From the NCBI GenBank assembly GCA_009859145.1, contig VRVR01000041.1, positions 1 to 64,000 of the forward strand: a stretch of DNA of 64,000 bases, given 5' to 3'. Made by a program: the position numbers and the translations under genes. Source of the stretch: Andalucia godoyi And28 (taxonomy: Eukaryota > Protista > Jakobida). Below the pieces are notes generated by a model. That model saw only the letters and a program-made list of their open reading frames with translations, did not search any database and was not told the origin of the DNA. Shown here in pieces: positions 23,601 to 34,264 of the stretch (the stretch's first letter is position 1; the number at the start of each line of letters is the position of its first letter).

Positions 23601-23879
23601 AATGTCCATTCGATCTGCGCGCTCAAACAAACTCGCGACGCGAACATTCTCAGTCGCAAACGACACATCCACGACATACTCGGCACTGTCTAACCGGACC
23701 ACATGCGACACGACAACCTGCCCATCGTCTTCATTGAGTCTCAGCAAAAACACCAGACTTTGGCCGCCAACGACAAACCACGTATGAACTCGGTCTGCTG
23801 CACACCAAACAACATCACACGAATGAGCCCGGAACGAATGCGTCGCAATGCTCGATCTGCTGTGCACTGTCTTGTCCAT
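20667..23879 (-). CDS. WDR6: WD40-repeat protein of the WDR6/Trm734 (Rtt10) type
   Basis: GHQGTIFSI, SAADDRSIRVW, AHSVRIWD, SAGEDGYVRLW and LVTGGDDSN match the WDR6 repeat pattern. First ATG at 23879. Confidence 0.75.
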   Translation of the reverse strand: MDKTVHSRSSIATHSFRAHSCDVVWCAADRVHTWFVVGGQSLVFLLRLNEDDGQVVVSHVVRLDSAEYVVDVSFATENVRVASLFERADRMDIQKVQSGHDHVQAPLIMLATSLNRVHFIDWERDESLVLNAPYACLITAFAFSSSNRGARKHYSEKFAFTLFASGLIWNDILVWSSDKSVSAVCSGHQGTIFSIAFQEPQHREDAAICSLVSAADDRSIRVWTVSRDGAASCISAFTAHSVRIWDLCVVSMGTMLISAGEDGYVRLWNHWNASSPLLCEWNDHAVMDVWNCDVHVDSHHSCLRILAGGNDGATKEWCWQPCASPLPLPHNVSALSFVSDDILLAALKDGNLVLIRASDKSVLSTVRQAHSASVSAMLVLSPSVALCAHFDGRFSLVLIDSGRELVASSIAVHETDPVRFDIRDQGYASPHLGETTKLTSRGTVNTMTVSEDCNILCSTEMGELWLLQLFLSSDSDDRQFAPTSSFFPVEPPLQSTGPLLVFRCIWKLSSKPLVNVRCCGGESSSTVVASSIFGNLYFLSLADPLQVHCRIRVHDKVPAKLLELVESYSVPPQNQIQLIQSGADDGSFFLHEVSLREGCIQSISVLQREMFPFLRHPRQFFAIPSSASSGNRNISTRVVSFSGSHVVVWDKSLFLSLCRLPCVGNSSVVAARVNRQKEMSIAVPLQKGVWLEKIPFSAGASDVQQSFHGKPISCGVLTQDPVSKTVVLVTAGADLSVQFSAVSQDPTGSSLLVFDRTWDRGSEKKCMDGCWRSSLLFVFCGGKDSHFQVIVWRYGIRIRIVTDVNLASLFKTAPSSGDASMSKARITSCLCSGMGTQEDSLIVLFCGTSKGEVMKLHYCTQRFALTAVCRQTIASGPLLALLEIRQAGVAPLFAATSTNGSLHFLLGDLRVLGEFRGLHLSGMSSMDIVSIVHEGSVTRFTLVTGGDDSNVALSCFEYSVCSESVVLRWTFRASFHFAGVVGVTYLKTSKKLVSLGRDMKICSYSISDDGMSFALDRVQKTDVFDVFGFARSRGVCDFVFSVVGMGAEMWMVSSEDASVEKILEKKNLRG

Positions 23880-24554
23880 ATCCGTCCGGAACACAGTTAA
23901 ATTCGATCCCGCAACTGTGCATCGTCAGCTAACTAAGCAATTCAGAAAGAGGAGAAGGGCGGAGAAGGAAAACAACACGAAAGAAATACGAAAGGAAGAA
24001 GAAGAAGAAGAAGAAGACAGTAATAGTAAAAAGGCACGGGGAAAACACATACAACTTAGCCCATATTTGCCATTCCTTGAATATCGTACAATGGAAACAG
24101 GGACTTTCGCAACAACCTGCACTAGGTTCATTCTGTCTACTCTACCTTTTTTTCTTTTTTTTTCTTTTAATTTAACAACTTAAAAATAATAAGCATACTG
24201 AGTTATTGAATAATGTCAGAATCTGTTATTGAAAATCTGTTTTGGGGTTTTGTTTCGCGCCAGAAGCGGGGAGCGGTGCGGCCTGTGGCTTGATTTTACG
24301 AAAGGTGGAAAAAGGACCGAGGATTGGGGGGAGGGTCATTTTTGATTAGGGTGGAAACAAGAAACGATGGACACTGGACTGGGCGTGAATGGAGAAATAG
24401 GTGAACGGAGCAGCGTTGCCTGAAATGCCTGGGTGAGTGGGATACAGCAGGGATAAAGGAGAGCGGGTTGTCCGGATAGCAAGTTGGAACATACAGAAAA
24501 CGAGATGAGGTTTTACGGATGCGTGCAGTACGATGGATGGCAGCGCTGAAGGAA

Positions 24555-24682
24555 TTAATCGGTTCGTTTGGAAAACATGGACCAGTTCTGCAGAGACAGC
24601 ATATCGAGAGGGTTCTCTGCTCGTCTTCCACCATTCAGAGAATCGGACGACAAGGCCTTTGGAATCGTCTCGCCTAATTCAA

Positions 24683-24713
<31 letters not shown>

Positions 24714-27700
24714 GGGTGTGGACGTTTGCGTTGTGGTGGGCGACGAGGTCATGGCAGTGCTGAACTCGGTGGCGGTGGTTGTGCTCGGAAAGCCGGTAGC
24801 GAGAGAACTGCCATGCTGCGAAGAGACCGTATTGACCAGCACCCACGGCTCCAGTGCTGCTGCTGCTTCGTCCCGGTTGCGGACGAAGGGGAATGAAGGG
24901 ACTGCAAAGACCACTTTCCAAATGAACTGCACCTCGTTGCAGTGCTGCAGTGCGGATTGCAGCATTTGCTGAAACAAATCAAACCACTCTGCAAAACGGC
25001 ACTTGTCGGCAGGAGGAGAGCGCTCAAGATCGCAAGTGTGGGAATGAACAATCTGTCGGAATGATTCGGATTCGGAGATGATGCGTGAAAGAAAGACCGT
25101 AAGTGCCCCTAGTTGTGGATTATGCGGATCCGCAGCAGATTCTTCAAAAGCCTTTGCGAGCCTCGGAATACGTTGCGCACATTCGCGTACCAGAGGCGCA
25201 AGATCGCCTGGAACGGAGTCTGTAAGATACTCGAAATGCTCCAGCAGCCGTCGGCAGACAACCAACAGGGCGTTGTCCTCGGAACTTGTCATCAAGAGGG
25301 GGTCTCCGCCACATGCAACGATCGCACGAAGCATATCTAGTCGTCCGTCAAGCGCGGCACAGTAGATCAGAGACTCGCCTGAATCCGTCTGCGCGTTCAC
25401 ATACATGTCTTCGACTGGTCGATTGGCATCCGGCGGCAACGCTGCGTGTTCAATGTTTGTCGAGAGGTCAAGATACGCAGAATTGGTCGTCAGTCCTTCT
25501 TCCACGCCCGCAGAGTCGCAAACGATCGCGGAGCTCAACTTCGAGTTGAAGCCAGACAGCTTCTCCAGCAACAATTTCTCATTCAAAATGTACCTCTCGG
25601 AGGCAGAATCAATGTCAGATATTATTTTCCCCACAAACTGCTGGCAGGTCGCAGCAGGTTGCGCATACGCATCCAGGCGATCTAGTGCGATGGTTGGATC
25701 CACAAGCCGAGAAGCAAGCTCCAAAATGCTTCTCTGACAAGAATTGATCAAATGATTTCGAAATGCGACTCGAACGCCAGGACTTGAACGAAACATTCGA
25801 TGGAAAAAGATCGTCGCGACAGGTTCCGGAAGATGCTGGAAGAACTTCGCTTTCCATAGTCCCTTCAAATCTTTGCTGAAGTTCCCGTCCACTGCGGCAG
25901 ATCGAAACTGCTGCTGGACATTGACAATGGTATTGCTGGTGTGCTTGACTTCCGTACTCCATGGAGAACTGCGAAACCACTTTCGAAATCCGTTGGCGAA
26001 TCCGTTTCCATGGACGTCCGCATCCCCGTCCTCAACACTCTGTGTTGAGTGTCGTTGTTCATTTTTTTTCTGCTGCCGCCGCTCCCGCTCCTTCTCCTCC
26101 TCTTCTTCTTCTTCCTCCTCCTCCTCCTCCTCCTCCTGTTGCTGCCGCTGCTGCTGGTGCGTCTGTCCTTGCGGCGGTCTTTGCTCTTGCGCCTGCATTT
26201 GCTGGTCAAGGACAAATGTTGCTAGTCTTCGCAGCTCGATGAGGCAAAACAGCGCCTTTTCGTTCTCCACAAAGGACACAATGAGAGGCGTAAAAACAAC
26301 AAGATCATCGTAGAGCTTGGACAGCCGTGGCTGCAGAAACTCCGCGGTCAGTTCTGCCTCTGGATGCGGTCTCCATCGTATTAGATCCAAAGCAGAATCC
26401 ACGGCCATCTCCTCCTCCGCAACATCAAGGCTGTCAGTACTCGCATTCGGCTCCATCCAGGAGACCGCAGTGTCCCTCGGAGATGGAGCCGCCGCCGCGC
26501 GCCTGGAGGGCGCCGTAGCTCCAGTCGACATGCTTGGATTCGAGCATCCGTCGCTCACCAGGTCTTCCAACTCACTGGAGCTCTGCATGCTCAAATACGC
26601 CCTCGCTTCTTCTTGCATGGGTAGCGATTTGCACAGGCGGACTATCAGAAACAAGTCCTCCGGATACTTCCAAATCGGAAGAACCTTTGTCCTTCCGAGC
26701 ATCGGCTGGATTTCCACAAATGCTGCTGGCTCGATACAATCAATGGGCTGCAGTCCTGCCCTGTTTCTAATTTTGGGATCACAGCCCTTTTGCAGCAGGA
26801 ACTGCACCAGCGCAGCGTTTCCGGCGCGGCATGCGTAATGAAGTGCGGAGTTTCCGAATTCATCGACAACCATTGGAGAGACGAAAGAGGCGGTGGCGCA
26901 TGCCCGCAGAAGCACGTCCCGCATCAGATCTTTGCTGCGGACGCCCCAAACATTCTTGTTCTTCGAATGCAATCCCTTGCAAAAACTTTTGAAAGCTTTG
27001 TGACGCGCATCTCCATCGCTTGCGAGGAATTTCTGCCACAGAACCCCGTGTCGTCGGATACGATCGCGGTTACACGAGCGGACGTCTTCCAAGAGGAACG
27101 ATATTCTTGTGTGCAGCCGACGCATCGGGGCGTTTGGAGACATGGATTTTAGCAGATTCGCCCTTGCGGCATGGAGGTATAAAATCACCTGATGAAGATC
27201 CACGATGTCGGACACGCCCTCCAGTGGGTCAGGGACACGTTCATAGATCTCCACCAGCAGCAGCTCAAGCTGCCGAACGCGCAGCGAGCCATCATCAAAT
27301 CTCTGAAGATATACCTCCAGAGATCCTGTGATCGTGGAATCCTTTCCTTGGTCCGCATAATCTGGATCCGCGACATACTGGAGCATAGAACGAAGGCTCT
27401 CGACTTCATCCACGCCATACAGAATCATCGCCGTTCGCGAGTTCGACAAAGGGGAAACCCCATTCTTGGCATCCATATCATCTGCATCCTGCGGCTCGAC
27501 AGAAACACCAAACTTTGCTTCCGCCAACAGATAGCAGGCACGGAGCATCCTGTCCACAACAAGCTCTGCGCGAGAACACACCGTCACATGGGTCCCCAGC
27601 TGCTCCGCAAACGGTTCCAGGAACGAGGCAATCATCGGGATGTCATACAACAATGGCCCAACCATCAACTGGCACACATCCAATGCCGGGTTGATGTCTT

Positions 27701-27935
27701 CCGCTCGAGACCGAGCCTCCTCCGCCCCCTCGCTCTTCTTTTTTACCTTGTTCAGCTTCCGGCGAAGCTGTAGCGAATCGTCACGAGCGGCGGAAATAAA
27801 AAGCTTCTCTTCAAACGAAGAAGCATTCTTTGGAAATAAGGGCTCGACGTTATGAATCACCTTGTCCACTTCTTCCTGTACTGGAAACGGCACCTCTCCT
27901 ATCTCGCTGCGAGAGCCTGAGTTGCGATCACTCAT
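24555..27935 (-). CDS. Large ankyrin-repeat protein of unknown function
   Basis: Two ankyrin clusters (DEFGNSALHYACRAGNAALVQFLLQKGCDP; DSGESLIYCAALDGRLDMLRAIVACGGDP), poly-E/Q tract and C-terminal (TP)n. Confidence 0.85.
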
Positions 27936-28335
27936 TCGACGTAGCCAAGCCCAAAAACCAAAACAAAGAAAATGTACTACTATGAGTATTGTTGTTGTTG
28001 TTGTTACTGTTTGTTATTATTATTGTTGGTGTTACAAGTATTATTTCGAAACTGCCGATATTTCAGGCTTGGTGTCTCCCGCGAGTGAAAAACAACAGCA
28101 GCATGCATGTTGTTGTTGTTGTTGTTTTTTGCTTTTTGCTGTTTTGCTGCTTGCTATTCGCAAGCTTGCCTGTTTTTCTCCGTTTGACTTGGACATTGAA
28201 CTGCAAGTCCTTCGCTTGGAAAGCAGATCATCGCAAGAATATGCGAGCAGAACAGCAGAAGCAAAACAAGACTGCTCACACCATCAGGATGCTAACCCAC
28301 TTGACCTCTGTGAAACAGCGAGAAACATATCTCGA

Positions 28336-28407
28336 TCGGGTGTAGTATAGCGGTTAGTATTCCCGCCTGTCACGCGGGCGACCCGGGTTCGATTCCCGGC
28401 ACTCGAG
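28336..28407 (+). tRNA. tRNA-Asp (GUC)
   Basis: Acceptor stem TCGGGTG/CACTCGA, D-arm TAGTATAGCGGTTAGTA, anticodon arm CCCGC-CTGTCAC-GCGGG, T-loop GGTTCGATTCC. Confidence 0.97.
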
Positions 28408-28668
28408 AATTTTTTTTGTTTCTTATTTGACTTGTCAGCGTTTTCCGTCGGGTGTTTTTATTTTTTTTTTCTTTTTTTGCGAATTTGCATGATGCACCGA
28501 TGCACATTTCTGGAATTCCGATCCGAAATCCCCGACTGCGGGGGGGAGACTGGACATCTGGCATTTTGCAGTCCGTCGGAAAAAGAAATCGCGGTGGGGA
28601 AAAAGAAAAACAAGAACTAAGAAAAAAGCGCATTCAGTATATACGCAGATATTTGGGAGGGGGGAGGA

Positions 28669-31600
28669 ATGCTTCGGAAGCCGGTGCTGTTTGAAGATTT
28701 GGTGGATTCTCCTTTGTGGGGAAGCTCATCTGGGGTGTTTCGAGTGAACCACTACGGAACCGATCAAGCGAGTCTGGATCAATCTCTTGCATCTCTGAGT
28801 TTGGATGATCCAATATGGGCGCTTGATTTTGCAAGTCCAACGGCTGTCCCATCGAGGGAGGATCAGGAGATGCACGTTCGCAGCTTGTTCTGCGTCGAGC
28901 CTCGGTATGACTACGAGCGGAACGGCGCTGCAGAAGTGGAGCACCCGACGGTGCTGGAAAGGTTCTTGGCTTCTGTCAAGTCGAGGTTTCCATGCATCAC
29001 AGCGATCCGCTTTTCAAACAGGGTGTATTTAGACAATCAAACGTTGTCCTTTGTGCTGCGCGAATTTGAATGTCTTCGTTACGTTTCGCTGCGTGACTGT
29101 TCATTCGGACAAGGATACTTTGCAAAGATCTACGCGAAGCCACGCAATCTGGAAATCATCGACTTGTCTGGATTCATGTGCGAAGAACAGCGCGACGAGT
29201 ACTGGCCAGACAGCGACGATGAGAGTGATGGTGCGAGTGTGCACACAAACAGCGATGATGACGACGAAGAAGGCGGCCTCTACTCGGAACAGTTTGGAAC
29301 GAATATCGTCGCAGCGTTTGCAAAGGCTTGCTCCGGTTGCGCGTCTGTGAAGCAGTTTTACATTACGAATTTGTGGTGTGGTTTGGCAGATGACGCCCTG
29401 ACGGCAATTGCGCAATCCTGCCCGTCCTTGGAGGTGCTGTTTGTGACGTCCGCGGACGAAGGCGCCGCCAGAGGTCATTTGGGTGTCACAGATGCGGGCA
29501 TTCATGACATTGCGGACAACTGCTGTCATTTGAAGTCATTGCTTGTTGCACATTCTACTATCCACGGAAGCTGCATCAAGGATCTGTTTGAATCGTGCCC
29601 CAAGCTGGAGTTCTTGGCGCTCTGGTCGTCGGGATTTACTGTCTATGACTCGGAACCGGGATGCGAAAAGGCGCAGTTGCTGAAACCTGCATTCACGAGC
29701 AGCTCATATCCGAGCATGCGGAATCTGAATCTGTATGTGGGCGGTGGGATTACTGCAAGGTTTCTCGCACGTGTACTCGATAAGTGTCCTAATCTAGAGC
29801 GGATTCTCGTTTTCTCCCACAGCCTGTCGTTGGAAGACGTGCCTTCCTTTTCGCAACTCTGCAATCTGCAAGAATTGTTCTTGCAGTCGTCTGCGATTCC
29901 GCCCTCGTTTTTGCAGCAACTGAGCCACTTAAAGAAGCTGCAACAAGTGATCATAGCCCCCATGTCCGATGCCAGCAAGGTGCCCACACCAGCACCTGCG
30001 CTGCTTGAGGATGCGTATATCGAGCTGCTTACGAATGGATCCGCGTGTCTTGCGGCCTTCAATGTCTCAAACTCAGTTCTAACGCCGCTGTTCTGGAAAG
30101 CCCTGGAGGCGAAAGGGGACATGAAGAGTCTGCACTGTTGGAACTGCAAAATCGACGAGGACTCTGCCGCCGCGCTGGAATCTTGCGCGCTGGCAGGGAT
30201 TTCGATTGTGATTAGTACACCACGTGTCGATCTTCTTCCGGGAAACTGGAAGTTTCTGGCGGCAAAGATGCGGAATCTGAAGTTTCAGCCAGCCTGCTCG
30301 CCCTCGGTTATCTCTGCAAGTACGTATGGAGTTCCCCTTGTCCGCACTGCGGAATCCCTGCCGACGTCGTACGATTTTGTGTCGTACAACCACGAAATTC
30401 AGCAGGTGAAGAATCTGCTCTATCATCTCAGGGAAAAGCTGAAGCCCAGTGAAAAGCTCGCCATTTCCTTTCGATTTCAACCTGGGCTGAGCGGTGTACT
30501 CGGAAGCGATGAGGACGGCGGAATGTTCTTGTTTGACGATCACAAGCTAGAAGCGTTCCTGTCAGAAGCCTGTGATGCTTTGTCGCCCCACGAAGTTGTT
30601 TGTTGTTGTGCTTTCAAGTTCCGCGGCTGTGTGTTCACATCGAAGGCCGTCCAGCTGATCACTGAATGCTGCAGCAAACTGCGATCTGCATCCCAGTCTG
30701 TCGTTGAAATCGGGTTTCCGTATTGCGAATTGACCAATGCAGCATTGTCCGCGATTCAGGGACTGCTTTCTGCTTACGAAAACGTTTCTAAGCTGTCTCT
30801 GGAATGCAATGCGTTTTCCGACGAATCAATGTCAAAGTTCATTACGCGTGTGGCGTCTTCTGCGGAATCGAGTGGCCTGAAGTTGCTCCAGATTGGTGGT
30901 CCTCAAATTTCAGATCAGTCCTTCCTTGCGTTCGTACATGCCGTTGAAGCTGGCCATTCCTTGTCCTTGTCTCTCTTCCAGCCTCAACTTTCTGATGCGG
31001 TCTTGGAGCAGTCGTTGCCCAGGTTGATGAAAGCCAGCGTCGAGTTCACAATCACCGCTCCAGCGCTCGCGTCTCCTGTGATTCGCGATATAATTCGATC
31101 GTTCAAAGAAGCCCAAGATGCAGGCCTTCTGTCACCGTTTCGAGTTCGTGTGTTCGTGCTGCCACTACACGAGAACGATGCATTTAACTCTCTGGGGAAA
31201 GAAGCGTTGTGTTTCGACGACATAGAACAAGTCAATAGCGGTATGATTCCTCTGCACATTTCGCTGCAGGCGCCGCACTTTGCGACGCTTGTTCAGTTAC
31301 TGGAGCTGCCTTTCTCAGAGTGGCCTGCCACTCCGAAGCAAATTGAAGACGGTTCGTTTCTGGTGTCCCGAGCCACGAAGAAAGTCCAGCTGCCTCTCGC
31401 AAGTGTCCATGATGGAGCGTCCAATGCGCCGGGCATGACAGGCATTCAAAGTGGACTTCAACAGCCACCTCTATTGGGAGGTTTCATTTTTGAAATCCAG
31501 CCCGGACTCTCGTTTCCCGGTGCGGAACCGAAAGCAGCTCCTTCTGCTTGCGCGACGTCTCTGGGTGGAAACATGGTGGCTGATGAAACTCGGAAGAGCA

Positions 31601-33903
31601 AGAAAAAGAAGCAATCTGGTGCGCAACCAGTGGATGTGACGGTCGTTAAGGAAGGGCAAGTGATGAATCAGCGTCTCTTTTTGGTGTCTGCTCCGCTTTC
31701 CGTACCCCACAGGGCTGGTGGCAGTGGCAGTGGCAGTGGCAGTGGCAGTGGCAGCGGAGACGGTGTCGATTCTGTTGCAGAACCGGTGTTATGTTCAAAA
31801 TTGCTGTGTGCGCCTGAGTGGAAGGGTTGGCTGGGTGCCCCGCAATGGCTGGAAAATCAAAAGACTTTCATAACGCTCGCGTCATCGCAAGCCTCTGAAA
31901 GTGGCTCGAGTACTTTGGCTAGTCTTTATGAAGTCGATTTTGCCTCCATGTCGATTATCAAAGAATATCCGACGTTCTCGACTCCTTACCACGTGGTGTC
32001 TGCTACGGATCGTGCTGTATTCTTCTTGTCATCTGGTACGATCTGCGGTATGGATCGCTCCGGCCGCATGCTGTTCTCCATGGACTTGAACATGGATTCG
32101 CTGAGTTCTTTGGAGACGTCCAACACAAATCACGATGCTGTGTTCATTGGATCGGACAGCAGTTTTTGTGAGTGGAGTCCCGAGTCTCAAAAGTCTGTGT
32201 CGACTGTGCGGCTCCAGGTTGTGTCGTGCAGGTGGGACTCTGCGAATACATGTGTCGTAGGCAGCTGGGACAAGGTCAAGGTGTATGATCGGCGATCCGG
32301 AAAGTTTACGTCCTCGTATTCTACCTGCGGTCAAATCCTGGACGTTCCCTTCGACGAACACACAGTTGTTGCCTGCGGAGGAGACTATTCTGGCTTGCAG
32401 CTGTTTGATCGGAGAATGAACAAGCTGCGTGAAAGCGTGGGACAGCTTACCGCTTGCAAGGGGTGGTACGACTCGTACCGTGCGGTAATTGGTGCTCAAG
32501 ATGGTCGGATCATTTACTACGATTGCAATTCGTCTGCGCGCTGGAAGCCAATCATCGAGGTTGCTGCCGACTCTTGGGTGTGGGGCCTGTCAGTGCACTC
32601 GGAATCGAAAACGGTGTTTGCGCAATCGGAGTCTTTGTATCAACTGGACTTCTCGGAATATCCGAATGCGGTGTTTCAACGTCCTGCCGATTTCGCGTTT
32701 CCGGATTTTGACGTCCTGGCCTCAATGGACAAGGTGAAGCGCACCATTGGAAAGCACGCAAGCACAGGGCGTGCCGAGAAGCTAGTCGCGGACCTAAAGG
32801 CGCTATTTGCAAGTGGAAAGGAGATTTACGAAGAGGCGTACTGCGATTCCGTCGTGGCGGCTCTGGAAAAGGACCACGTCCATGTACTCACAGCGCTGTC
32901 CGTCGAGTTTCCAGTCGACTTCTCACCTTCCAGTATTCTGGAAGCGCACTTTGCGAACTGGAATCCGAAAACGAGTCTGCTGGCCTATGCTGTGACTGTG
33001 AAGGCACGTAAGTGCGTTCCGTTTCTGCTAGCCCACGGTGCGCGATACGTGAACCGTGAAGCGATCGAGCCACCAGCAGACCGCGATGCTGCGCCTCGAC
33101 GCCTGCTCTCGTCCCGCAGCACATGCAATCCGCTGCTACTGGTTGCAAAGGAACTTGGCATGTTGTGGGAGCATCGCAGTGAGTGGGTGGAAATTATGTG
33201 GGGTCTATGGAAGGTAGCGGGCTGCCCTCTGTCTTCTGTTGAAGTCATGTTTGGGAGATCTTTGAGCATTTTATCGTTCCTCTCACTTGGACTGGGAGCG
33301 GAGCAGCGGCTACTGGATCTTGTCCTAGCATTATTGGATGCGGACGATGTCCCTGTTACTGTTGACACGCTTTGTCGTTACTGCAATTCAGCGTCTCTTG
33401 ACATTTTTCAGAAGATTGTCGAGAAGCTCGGAGGCGTCGACGCGACGAAGTCCAAGATTGCCTCTCCATGCGATTTGTTCATTCCTGCTTTAACTCAGCA
33501 CGACTGGAGCATGGTTCAATTTCTTTGCAAGGACTTTGGGCTTGATCGTGATGCTTTCTATCAGTATCGCCCGGGAGAAGCAGATGGGTACTACTTGCTA
33601 ACAGTTGCTGTGAACAACGTGGATGCTCTGAAGGATATGTTGGATCCGTCATACGCCGGAAAGCCTGCGAACCCGAATGTCCACCGAAACGGATACACCG
33701 CGCTGCATGCTGCCGTGAATGTTCGCAATCTGGATTGTGTGAAGTGTCTGCTGCGCCATCCAGGAATCGATCTGACCGTTGTGAATGCGCAAGGCAACAC
33801 CGCGCTGCAACTCGCACGCGCACTTCCAAACGATGCAAATGCCTCCGAGATTCTCGCGGCACTGCAGAACGCATACAAGGAAAAGTGTCTCCCAACAGAC
33901 TGA
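28669..33903 (+). CDS. 1744-aa multidomain protein: LRR + WD40-like propeller + ankyrin repeats
   Basis: F-box/AMN1-type LRRs (IAQSCPSLEVL, IADNCCHLKSL, LFESCPKLEFL), WD-like blades (GSWDKVKVYDRR, GLQLFDRR, GAQDGRIIYYD) and ankyrins (NGYTALHAAV...VNAQGNTALQLA). Confidence 0.85.
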   Translation: MLRKPVLFEDLVDSPLWGSSSGVFRVNHYGTDQASLDQSLASLSLDDPIWALDFASPTAVPSREDQEMHVRSLFCVEPRYDYERNGAAEVEHPTVLERFLASVKSRFPCITAIRFSNRVYLDNQTLSFVLREFECLRYVSLRDCSFGQGYFAKIYAKPRNLEIIDLSGFMCEEQRDEYWPDSDDESDGASVHTNSDDDDEEGGLYSEQFGTNIVAAFAKACSGCASVKQFYITNLWCGLADDALTAIAQSCPSLEVLFVTSADEGAARGHLGVTDAGIHDIADNCCHLKSLLVAHSTIHGSCIKDLFESCPKLEFLALWSSGFTVYDSEPGCEKAQLLKPAFTSSSYPSMRNLNLYVGGGITARFLARVLDKCPNLERILVFSHSLSLEDVPSFSQLCNLQELFLQSSAIPPSFLQQLSHLKKLQQVIIAPMSDASKVPTPAPALLEDAYIELLTNGSACLAAFNVSNSVLTPLFWKALEAKGDMKSLHCWNCKIDEDSAAALESCALAGISIVISTPRVDLLPGNWKFLAAKMRNLKFQPACSPSVISASTYGVPLVRTAESLPTSYDFVSYNHEIQQVKNLLYHLREKLKPSEKLAISFRFQPGLSGVLGSDEDGGMFLFDDHKLEAFLSEACDALSPHEVVCCCAFKFRGCVFTSKAVQLITECCSKLRSASQSVVEIGFPYCELTNAALSAIQGLLSAYENVSKLSLECNAFSDESMSKFITRVASSAESSGLKLLQIGGPQISDQSFLAFVHAVEAGHSLSLSLFQPQLSDAVLEQSLPRLMKASVEFTITAPALASPVIRDIIRSFKEAQDAGLLSPFRVRVFVLPLHENDAFNSLGKEALCFDDIEQVNSGMIPLHISLQAPHFATLVQLLELPFSEWPATPKQIEDGSFLVSRATKKVQLPLASVHDGASNAPGMTGIQSGLQQPPLLGGFIFEIQPGLSFPGAEPKAAPSACATSLGGNMVADETRKSKKKKQSGAQPVDVTVVKEGQVMNQRLFLVSAPLSVPHRAGGSGSGSGSGSGSGDGVDSVAEPVLCSKLLCAPEWKGWLGAPQWLENQKTFITLASSQASESGSSTLASLYEVDFASMSIIKEYPTFSTPYHVVSATDRAVFFLSSGTICGMDRSGRMLFSMDLNMDSLSSLETSNTNHDAVFIGSDSSFCEWSPESQKSVSTVRLQVVSCRWDSANTCVVGSWDKVKVYDRRSGKFTSSYSTCGQILDVPFDEHTVVACGGDYSGLQLFDRRMNKLRESVGQLTACKGWYDSYRAVIGAQDGRIIYYDCNSSARWKPIIEVAADSWVWGLSVHSESKTVFAQSESLYQLDFSEYPNAVFQRPADFAFPDFDVLASMDKVKRTIGKHASTGRAEKLVADLKALFASGKEIYEEAYCDSVVAALEKDHVHVLTALSVEFPVDFSPSSILEAHFANWNPKTSLLAYAVTVKARKCVPFLLAHGARYVNREAIEPPADRDAAPRRLLSSRSTCNPLLLVAKELGMLWEHRSEWVEIMWGLWKVAGCPLSSVEVMFGRSLSILSFLSLGLGAEQRLLDLVLALLDADDVPVTVDTLCRYCNSASLDIFQKIVEKLGGVDATKSKIASPCDLFIPALTQHDWSMVQFLCKDFGLDRDAFYQYRPGEADGYYLLTVAVNNVDALKDMLDPSYAGKPANPNVHRNGYTALHAAVNVRNLDCVKCLLRHPGIDLTVVNAQGNTALQLARALPNDANASEILAALQNAYKEKCLPTD

Positions 33904-34264
33904 GGCGTATTAATAAATAAGCCCACGGACCACTGCTCTGGTCTTCCCCAGCAGCCCGGAAGGGTCCCCGCCAGCTCTATGCTGCTTCCAATTTTTTTGT
34001 TAATCCAGCGGTCGTAGGCGCCCCTGATATCGCGCTCTCCTTTGCTTACCGTTCTTCTGTCTCGATGGGAAATGCTGCTTCTTCTTTTCAAATTGGTTTT
34101 GTTTTTCAGTGATTTATGTAAATGCAGCAGGTCTCTCTTTTTATCCTAGGACCATCCTGGTTTTTTTGGTGATCGCGTATCTTTCCTCCTCGCGAGAAAA
34201 GAAAGATTAATTTTTTTTATTTTAAAGAAAAAAGAAAAAAAAAACACCGAAAGCTTGATAATCA

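Noticed and set aside
5688-28407. RNA-modification gene cluster (SPB1, THG1, WDR6, tRNA-Asp)
   Set aside because: The genes are interleaved with unrelated genes, WDR6's known partner is Trm7/FTSJ1 rather than SPB1, and such proximity is expected by chance in a compact genome.
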